Shown here one piece after another: positions 57,194 through 64,000 of a stretch of 64,000 bases of DNA. The DNA is from Flavobacteriales bacterium (GTDB lineage: Bacteria > Bacteroidota > Bacteroidia > Flavobacteriales > CAJXXR01), in assembly GCA_049607525.1 (NCBI GenBank), contig JBMYWP010000011.1:2110-66109 (forward strand). Reading direction: 5' to 3'. Under the pieces are notes generated by a model. That model had not been told where the DNA came from, did no database searches, and saw only the letters and a list, made by a program, of their open reading frames with translations. Positions within the stretch are counted from its first letter, which is position 1; the number at the start of each line of letters is the position of its first letter. The translations under genes were made by a program, and so were the position numbers.

Positions 57194-60100
57194 ATGATCA
57201 ACACATTAATCAAACTATACGAGAATAGAGATCTGTTAGGATTAGAGCAGTTTTTAACCGATAAATCGGAAGAAAAAAGAAAAGCTGTTGGCGAGTTTTT
57301 AGATCAAACAGAAGATTTAAGTATTGAAATTGATCCAGAGATAAAACGTTACGTTCCACATTATGATACCACAGAAGATTATAGAATAAAAGAGGCCGAA
57401 AGACGTAGGATAGCTTGTGAAAAACATTTTTGCTATCAAATTCTTTGCGCTTATTATTATAGTTTTCAAGACTATCAAAAAAAATATCCTAAATACGCCA
57501 CACGGTACCATCCTTTTGTGCATGTGCCCTCTGTGTATAACGATATCATTACCAGAATTCTTTTCTTCCAGGATAAAAAAGAATATTTCACTGCCTTTTA
57601 CAAAGTGAATGTTCGAGAAAAACCTCAAGCTTTTATCGCAGATATTCATAAAAGAAATGCGAGTCCAGAATCGTTTGCAACTCGTATTCGATGGGAAACC
57701 ATGCGCGTTTTTTATACTTACGGATTAATGCCTTATGATAAAATGACTTTCTTGGGCTGTTTATTACATCCGTTTTGGGGAAAGTTAAATTCCTATGAAC
57801 CCGATTGGAAAGAGGGTTTAGACGATACTATTTTGAAGTGTTTTTTACCAACAGATGAACTTGCTTTAGAAGTTTTGTATGGTATTTTTGAAATGGAAAT
57901 CACCATATCTGGTGTGCTCTGGCAACAAGGCTATTCATTGGAATCCGTATTTCTGAGAATGGTACAAAAAGGACAATTGGATAGAGCTATTATTCAAGAA
58001 AAGTTGATTCAAGCCATGGGGAATCCAACCTTTAAAAAGTCTTCTTTTTCTTGGTTTACCAATATGTATAAAAACATTAAATTTTCTAATGAAGAAAATT
58101 TAAAGGAATTGCATAATCTCATGGGATTATTGACTTCTGATGTAGGTGGAATTCGAAAACTAGCTCTTGATGTTTGTAAAAAACAACATAAAAATAAGGC
58201 ATTTGACTGGCAGATGTTTGAAAGTCAGATTGCTTCTTTTGTGAATTTTGAAGGAAAAGGTAATTTAAAAACGTTTATTAAAATAATTGAGTTTCGCTTG
58301 AGTCAAAATCCAAAATCTAAGTCAAGGATATTAGAGGATTTAGCTGGTATCTATATCAATCAAGATGCTGATATCCAGAAACTGGCAACCGCTATTTTCT
58401 TATCAGAAACACTTTCAGAAAACATAAAAAGCGCCTTAGAAATCTATAAAGATAATATGATTACGGAGGTGCAACAGCAGTTGTTTGGTGATTATGAAAA
58501 GGCTTTGGCTCCACTAGAAAAATATGCTTGCACTAAAAATTATATTCCTAAGTTACCAGCAGCATTAGATATTTCAACCACAGAAGAAGATTATATTTAT
58601 TTGCTTTCACAAACCATAAAAAGTGAAAACAAAGAAGATAAAAATAAGATTTTGGCTCGTTTTGCAGATTTTCAGTATTTATCCACCGAAAAACCTGAAT
58701 TATTAAAACCTATTAAACGACAAGTTGACAATAAAATAAAGCGTTTTGCGTATACTGATTTTGACATTTTCTTGCATTATTGGATTTATAGTAAAGAAAA
58801 ATTTTCATCAATTTGGTCTTCTTGGATTCCGCTTACTAAACGTCTTAAAAAAGTAAAAAAATTTACTCAATTAAGGTATTATGATTTCAAACCAGAAAGT
58901 ATTCAAGGTGAATTAAAGAAAAAAGGATTACCACTATTGAGTGACCAATCTAAATCTTTGAATTATCAAATATTATTTAACCGATTAAAAGAATATTTCG
59001 CTAAAGAAGAAAAGCCAAATCTTGATGATTTCATGACAGCCTACAATAGCGTGAGTTGGTCAGATAGAGACACCGGAGTAAAGGAAATTAAACAAGAAAT
59101 AGGTACCTTTTTAGACGTTGATTGCTTTTTGTTTTTAGCCTATCGAATTGGTTTCCAAACAAAGTGGCATGATTATGAACGCTATATCGAAGTCATTTTT
59201 AAAGGTTCCTTTTATCATTCAATTATAGAAAATTTAGGAAAAGCCCCTATTCTTTCTATTCCAACAAATGAAGGTTTGTGGATTAAACCAGAAGTTTTAG
59301 TGGAACGATTAGAAGTTTATCAATCACAAAATAGTGAACCGAACATTCATGATTTTTCTTTGGCCATTCAGCGTTTATACTTGTATAATAAATTACCGAA
59401 TATAGATTCAGAATTGGAATACTTTCAGATTTTAGATTTTCTATTTACAGATAAAGATATTCCAAAAAAGAGAACAGAATATTGGGAAAAAGCGTGGGTA
59501 TTTGCTACACAGCGTAAATTTCCATTACAAACAAGTATTCTTTACAAATATGATAAGAAACAAGACTGGGCAGTCTTTAGTGATTTTAAACTAAAGGTAT
59601 TTTACGATGGCGAATTTACAAGGATTAATACAGAGCTTGCTCCTAATCTTCATGGTTGGACAATATATCCATATACTTTAACTTATGAAAAGCCATTTTT
59701 CACTGAGAATGATTTTATGCAAAACATTAATTACACTTTTTCTTATGATAGTAATTTGTATTTGTTAAATAAATTAATGGCTAAGCCACAATTTTTAGAT
59801 TATCACGGTCAATTATTTTTAATTGAACAACTTTTTAATGAGAAAAAAGAATCTCGTCATTTGGCTTTAGAATGTTTTATTCAATTGATTGAGTTAAAAC
59901 TATTGTCAAAAGATATTTTTAATATCATTACCGATATAATGACTTGCCATAGCAAGGCCGTTCCAGTTGGTAGAGTTTTAGAATTTTTAACTGCTTTAAA
60001 AGACATGCAAGGCGTTTATTACGATATCTGTATCCAGATTTTTGAACAACTTTTTGCTAAACTTCAATTGGATCAAATTCCACGTAGTTCTGCCAAGTTA

Positions 60101-60235
60101 TTTCAATTGTATGGCGAAATTTTAAAGGAAACAGATCATGAAATATCAGAACAGGCACAAAATGATTTAACAAGATTACAAACCGTAAAATCCTTGAAAA
60201 AAGCAATTGCTCCTTTGTTGAAAATGAGTGAATGA
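57194..60235 (+). CDS. large helical hypothetical protein (1013 aa), paralog of 52623..55259
   Basis: See 52623..55259. The start is 3 nt after the SWIM gene stop. Confidence 0.55.
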   Translation: MINTLIKLYENRDLLGLEQFLTDKSEEKRKAVGEFLDQTEDLSIEIDPEIKRYVPHYDTTEDYRIKEAERRRIACEKHFCYQILCAYYYSFQDYQKKYPKYATRYHPFVHVPSVYNDIITRILFFQDKKEYFTAFYKVNVREKPQAFIADIHKRNASPESFATRIRWETMRVFYTYGLMPYDKMTFLGCLLHPFWGKLNSYEPDWKEGLDDTILKCFLPTDELALEVLYGIFEMEITISGVLWQQGYSLESVFLRMVQKGQLDRAIIQEKLIQAMGNPTFKKSSFSWFTNMYKNIKFSNEENLKELHNLMGLLTSDVGGIRKLALDVCKKQHKNKAFDWQMFESQIASFVNFEGKGNLKTFIKIIEFRLSQNPKSKSRILEDLAGIYINQDADIQKLATAIFLSETLSENIKSALEIYKDNMITEVQQQLFGDYEKALAPLEKYACTKNYIPKLPAALDISTTEEDYIYLLSQTIKSENKEDKNKILARFADFQYLSTEKPELLKPIKRQVDNKIKRFAYTDFDIFLHYWIYSKEKFSSIWSSWIPLTKRLKKVKKFTQLRYYDFKPESIQGELKKKGLPLLSDQSKSLNYQILFNRLKEYFAKEEKPNLDDFMTAYNSVSWSDRDTGVKEIKQEIGTFLDVDCFLFLAYRIGFQTKWHDYERYIEVIFKGSFYHSIIENLGKAPILSIPTNEGLWIKPEVLVERLEVYQSQNSEPNIHDFSLAIQRLYLYNKLPNIDSELEYFQILDFLFTDKDIPKKRTEYWEKAWVFATQRKFPLQTSILYKYDKKQDWAVFSDFKLKVFYDGEFTRINTELAPNLHGWTIYPYTLTYEKPFFTENDFMQNINYTFSYDSNLYLLNKLMAKPQFLDYHGQLFLIEQLFNEKKESRHLALECFIQLIELKLLSKDIFNIITDIMTCHSKAVPVGRVLEFLTALKDMQGVYYDICIQIFEQLFAKLQLDQIPRSSAKLFQLYGEILKETDHEISEQAQNDLTRLQTVKSLKKAIAPLLKMSE

Positions 60236-60292
60236 AACAGGAATGGTAATATTTATTTCTAAAAAACCAATTTCTAATCCTTTTTTGAATCT

Positions 60293-61390
60293 ATGATAGA
60301 AATCACTTTAACAGAAAATAGTTCTTGTCAAATTTCACCAAACCAACCAAGTTTCACCATTGGTAAATTGGGTATGAATTCTGATGATTTTGACGTGCTA
60401 ATTGATGAAAACACTCCAATTAACTGGGAAGTATTTGAGGATATTGATTCGATTAAATGGTTTGTTTATCATGGAAATGATCTTGGCTTTATTTCTCTTT
60501 CAGAAAAAAGAAAAATAAGCCATTTTACTTGGTATCCAACGAAGCATTTAACTGTCAATTTTAATAAAAGTCAAATTCGTGGTTTAACTATAGAATCGAA
60601 AAAGCTTTTAACCTTAGTACTTGGGCAAAATATTTTTGAATTATCCTTGTTTGGAGAGTTAAATAATTACGCCATCAGTGGAATTCCTTTTCGGCAACAT
60701 TTGACTTTAGGACCAAATACAACAAACACTTTAGAGTCCTATCAAATCCCCCATTTTTCTGGTTTACAAGGTTGCTGTAGTCTAACCATTCTAAACCAAG
60801 CCGACAAACAAGCCATCGATTTAGACTTTTTAAACCGTTATAAAGAGATTAGTAGCCTAAATATTCATGGAAATTGTACAAACTGGAAGGTGTTAAAAAA
60901 AATTGGTAATTTGAATACTTTAGGCTTACGTTTTATTCCAGATTTATCCGATTTCCCTGCGCTATCCAATTTTCCAAATTTAATAACTTGTATTGGTTAT
61001 AAAATAGAAGAAAATTCAGGCAATAAACTGTTGGAAGAAACAGAGTATATTTCTCAGATTAACCCAGATGGATTTTATAAGATTTCAGATTTAAGAAAAT
61101 CGGAATGGTTAATACATCATGCTCAATCGCCTTTCCTTTGGTGGAAATCAGGAATGGAGGAATTTGCCTTAAATAAGTATCAAATTGCCCTTAAATCATT
61201 GAAAATTTCCAAAACAGAAAACGAAGTTGTAAACGCTTTAAGAGCATTTTTAAATCCATTTAAAGGGTTGGATTATATAAAAAAATCACAACAAGATGAT
61301 CTGTTTTATGCAATCGAAAAATTACTGAAAGAAACAACAATTCACATACCTAAAAGTCGATTAAAAGAACTTTTTGAGGCTGTTTTTTAA
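60293..61390 (+). CDS. hypothetical protein with LRR-like segment
   Basis: 365 aa. 'ISSLNIHGNCTNWKVLKKIGNLNTLGLRFIPDLSDFPALSNFPNLITC' looks LRR-like. Confidence 0.4.
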   Translation: MIEITLTENSSCQISPNQPSFTIGKLGMNSDDFDVLIDENTPINWEVFEDIDSIKWFVYHGNDLGFISLSEKRKISHFTWYPTKHLTVNFNKSQIRGLTIESKKLLTLVLGQNIFELSLFGELNNYAISGIPFRQHLTLGPNTTNTLESYQIPHFSGLQGCCSLTILNQADKQAIDLDFLNRYKEISSLNIHGNCTNWKVLKKIGNLNTLGLRFIPDLSDFPALSNFPNLITCIGYKIEENSGNKLLEETEYISQINPDGFYKISDLRKSEWLIHHAQSPFLWWKSGMEEFALNKYQIALKSLKISKTENEVVNALRAFLNPFKGLDYIKKSQQDDLFYAIEKLLKETTIHIPKSRLKELFEAVF

Positions 61391-62094
61391 TGGATAAACT
61401 TATGAAAGCACCTATTATTCTTGAAAATAAAACATTTTATGACAAACAAAAACATTTTGCTCAATATGGATCTGTTGTGGATTTAGCGCAGTTTTATTTT
61501 AGTGAAAATCTAGCATCAGATAAAGATTTTTCTTTGTTTGTGGTTAAAGAAGCCTTTCGAACTTTTAGGCAAAGAAATATGGATATTTTTGAAGAAATGG
61601 ATAAACAGAATAATAGTACTTATTATTTAGATTTAAAATTCTATGGTGAATTTGCTGATGTCAATCAAGGATTAGATGAGGTTACTATTAAAGGAGAAGA
61701 AATTTCATTAAATACCTTTTTAGGAGATGCTTATGATATGGCGAAAAAAGAAATAATAGCTCCACCAACTAATGGATTAAGTTATGCCTTATTAAATCCT
61801 CCTTATCATTTAAGTCTTCAAGAATTTATACGGAAAGAAGCTAGAGAATATGTGAAATACGATTTAAAATTACAGCTAAATAAGAACGTGATTCAAACTA
61901 AAATTTTCAACCAATTTATCCAAACCATGGGTATAAACACAGAAAAAGAAAATGCAAACATCATTTATCAATGGACAAATAACTGGGAAGAAGATTTAGA
62001 TCCTGGTAAAGAATGGTGGGGATCGTTTTTATGGACTATTTTAAACAAAGAAAAAGGCGAAATATTAGTTATTTCCGCCTCAACTACAGATTAA
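61390..62094 (+). CDS. hypothetical protein
   Basis: 234-aa ORF. Its ATG overlaps the upstream TAA (TAATG). Ends '...GKEWWGSFLWTILNKEKGEILVISASTTD'. Family not recognised. Confidence 0.45.
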   Translation: MDKLMKAPIILENKTFYDKQKHFAQYGSVVDLAQFYFSENLASDKDFSLFVVKEAFRTFRQRNMDIFEEMDKQNNSTYYLDLKFYGEFADVNQGLDEVTIKGEEISLNTFLGDAYDMAKKEIIAPPTNGLSYALLNPPYHLSLQEFIRKEAREYVKYDLKLQLNKNVIQTKIFNQFIQTMGINTEKENANIIYQWTNNWEEDLDPGKEWWGSFLWTILNKEKGEILVISASTTD

Positions 62095-62105
62095 TATGAT
62101 ATACT

Positions 62106-62294
62106 ATGCTATTGAAATTTTCTGAAAACATCTATTTTATTTGCTCAATAATTGTGTTTGTTCTCTTTTGTGCTTTTCTTTTGTATCAAGTAAAAAAGAT
62201 GTCAAAATTATTAAAAGAAGAATACGAAGAATTCTATAATCCTAATAAAAAAACGAATTCAAATACGGACAAAAGATCTAAATCGCAAGATTAG
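62106..62294 (+). CDS. hypothetical small membrane protein
   Basis: 62 aa with one TM helix (IYFICSIIVFVLFCAFLLY) and a basic tail. Confidence 0.3.
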   Translation: MLLKFSENIYFICSIIVFVLFCAFLLYQVKKMSKLLKEEYEEFYNPNKKTNSNTDKRSKSQD

Positions 62295-62410
62295 CAAAGT
62301 GGATATGAAAAATCAGAAAGCAATCCTTTTGAAATCTACTATAACGACTACCGAGAACATCCAGAACAAAAATTCATATTAGATATATGTATACCAATCA
62401 AATAAATAAT

Positions 62411-62442
62411 AAAGGCTTTTCAAAATCGAAAAGCCTTTTTTG
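62411..62442 (+). terminator. rho-independent terminator closing the + strand operon
   Basis: AAAGGCTTTTC-aaaatc-GAAAAGCCTTT is an 11-bp perfect stem (62411-62438) followed by TTTTG. Confidence 0.8.
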
Positions 62443-62610
62443 TTTCTATGACTTTAAAATATTGTCTAGTTCTTAAGTTTGGATTTACATTGCCACGATT
62501 ATAAATAGATTGGATACAGTCATCAATTAATTTTCCCATTGTCGGCAGCGGTTTCTATATTGTATATGTTTTAATTAAAAACCAATTATTCTGCATATAA
62601 ATACATTGTA

Positions 62611-64000
62611 ATGAAAAAAAATCTCATATTTATTGGCCTTCCTTTCTTATTAATTGGAGCCTTCCTATTTAGTCAAAATGAAGAAAGTTTTGTTGGTTTA
62701 GGCCTGGCTGTTTTAGGTATTTTATTAATTGTCATTTCCACATTTTTTAAAAATAAATCAAAGGAAACAGATGATTTAAATATGAATGCCAAAGGGAAAG
62801 TAAAACAATTGGATGATGTATTATACAAAAACAAAACATTTTACACCTTCTCTAAACCGAAAGGAAATACCATGGAATTTTATTTCCCTAGTTGGCATTT
62901 ACCTAAAGATCAACAGAAAGTCATATTTGATTTTGATACCAAAACAATAGAAAATCAAGGGAAAACAATTCGTTTTGAAGATGAAAATCCATTAGTTCGC
63001 TTACCCAGAATGGATAAAAGTGCCAATAATATGTATTTGGCTGTGGTATTTCCACATGGAATCATTCCTATTGGCGAATCCAAAAACAAAGAGGAAAAAC
63101 AACAAAAAGTATTGAAGAAGTTTTCGCTTTTATTAAACCCTAATTTCACAGAAAAACATCCATCAAAATCAGAAATTTTAGAACAAGCAAAGACGAATCC
63201 ATTAACCATTTGGCATGTAGAGGAAAAAAAACAGCTCAATTATGCTCAAGCTTGGCTCATTAGTATTCATGAAATTTATAACGAAAATGTGATTCAAGAT
63301 TTTTGTGGAAATTACACCACCAAAGTTTCAGAAAAACTAGATAAAAACAATCTTAAAAATGCATGGAATATTGTTGATCGAGAAAGTTTACTCGCGCAAC
63401 TTTATTGGTTAGAAACCGAAGGACACAGCAAAGGTTTTGACCGAACAAAAAATGAAATTACAGCATTTGATGAAGACAAAATAAATCACCTAAAACATTT
63501 ATTAAAAGATTTAGATCAAGATATTAAACGTTCAGAAAAAGGTGAGTTACCTTATGAAATTGTTGAGCAGAAAGCCAAAGAATATTTTAAAGAACGCTTT
63601 GGATATGGAGCAGATATTATGTTTCATAATTTAATAAAAGCATTTCAAGGAAATGGATATGAAAGTTTTGAAAGTACCTACAATAAAATTGATAATAAAT
63701 CTTTAAAAGAAACCTTTGATAATTTAATTTCTGATAAAGACTTTTTATTAGAAGAATCTAAACGATTAGAACATTTAAAAAACGACCAAGGAACCAATTT
63801 TTTAATTTGGGATATGGCAAGATTGTTTATGCTTGCTATTATGGGCCACGACTTAAAATGGTTAAATGACAATGAATTATGGAGTGTGTTGTACCGAAAT
63901 GGAAAACGAATTCAAGAGAACTATAGTTCATGGAAAGAAATGACAGATGATTTTCTAGAAGCCAGAAAAGTTTGGTCGGGAACTGAAAATAAAAATCAGT
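62611..64000 (+). CDS. DUF1266 domain-containing protein (partial; runs off the right edge)
   Basis: Hand translation from the ATG at 62611 (MKKNLIFIGLPFLLIGAFLF...) stays open to the window end. 'NFLIWDMARLFMLAIMGHDLKWLNDNELWSVLYRNGKRIQENYSSWKEMTDDFLEARKVW' fits the DUF1266 pattern. It is absent from the ORF track because no stop lies in the window. Confidence 0.65.
   Translation, partial: MKKNLIFIGLPFLLIGAFLFSQNEESFVGLGLAVLGILLIVISTFFKNKSKETDDLNMNAKGKVKQLDDVLYKNKTFYTFSKPKGNTMEFYFPSWHLPKDQQKVIFDFDTKTIENQGKTIRFEDENPLVRLPRMDKSANNMYLAVVFPHGIIPIGESKNKEEKQQKVLKKFSLLLNPNFTEKHPSKSEILEQAKTNPLTIWHVEEKKQLNYAQAWLISIHEIYNENVIQDFCGNYTTKVSEKLDKNNLKNAWNIVDRESLLAQLYWLETEGHSKGFDRTKNEITAFDEDKINHLKHLLKDLDQDIKRSEKGELPYEIVEQKAKEYFKERFGYGADIMFHNLIKAFQGNGYESFESTYNKIDNKSLKETFDNLISDKDFLLEESKRLEHLKNDQGTNFLIWDMARLFMLAIMGHDLKWLNDNELWSVLYRNGKRIQENYSSWKEMTDDFLEARKVWSGTENKNQ

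Noticed and set aside
62305-62379. 24-codon ORF (MKNQKAILLKSTITTTENIQNKNSY) between 62294 and the terminator
   Set aside because: It is too short and has no supporting signal.
1-64000. Search for tRNA, rRNA, CRISPR arrays, transposases, integrases, IS inverted repeats, and Rhs/YD, LXG or PAAR toxin domains
   Set aside because: I recognised none by eye on either strand. The only sizeable nucleotide repeat found is the duplicated leader. The MORN-type repeats at 28070..30589 are not YD repeats.

Overview
AT-rich (about one-third G+C by eye) bacterial chromosomal segment with a Bacteroidota/Flavobacteriia flavour: lipoprotein-type signal peptides, LytS/LytTR and AraC regulators, tightly packed genes. 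All family names come from motifs I recognise in the translations; no database search was possible. The left ~8 kb (1-8236) looks ordinary: MarR, an MBL-fold hydrolase, DUF1330, AraC, a LytS/LytTR two-component pair, a secreted seven-repeat FG-GAP protein and small lipoproteins. From ~8.4 kb to the right edge lies a ~55 kb accessory archipelago. It is almost entirely on the + strand, often with overlapping stop/start codons, and is interrupted only by two minus-strand blocks (18719-21190 and 34905-36704). Its genes belong to families known as immunity or conflict-associated proteins: two SMI1/KNR4 (SUKH), SUFU-like, two paralogous LRR+DUF1963 (YwqG-like) proteins, a YwqK/MORN-variant repeat giant, three ankyrin proteins (one with a SHOCT tail), two DUF1266, a DMP19-like protein, zinc-ribbon proteins and a WGR-domain ATP-dependent DNA ligase. 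I found no recognisable toxin, transposase, integrase, tRNA, rRNA or CRISPR array. The most interesting content is a pair of paralogous cassettes, each a small ThiS/MoaD-like beta-grasp protein followed by a giant DUF4132-type protein (22663-28024 and 48418-51724). The second beta-grasp protein ends exactly in Gly-Gly, and its giant partner abuts a ThiF/E1-like adenylyltransferase gene (51725-52432). Next comes an operon with two paralogous ~900-1000 aa helical proteins bracketing a SUKH protein and a SWIM zinc-finger protein (52623-60235). This looks like an undescribed ubiquitin-like/E1 module grafted onto the DUF4132-SWIM gene association known from the E. coli molR/yeh region. A ~240 bp intergenic leader is also duplicated (13 mismatches, no indels over a 192-nt core) upstream of two unrelated genes 30 kb apart.
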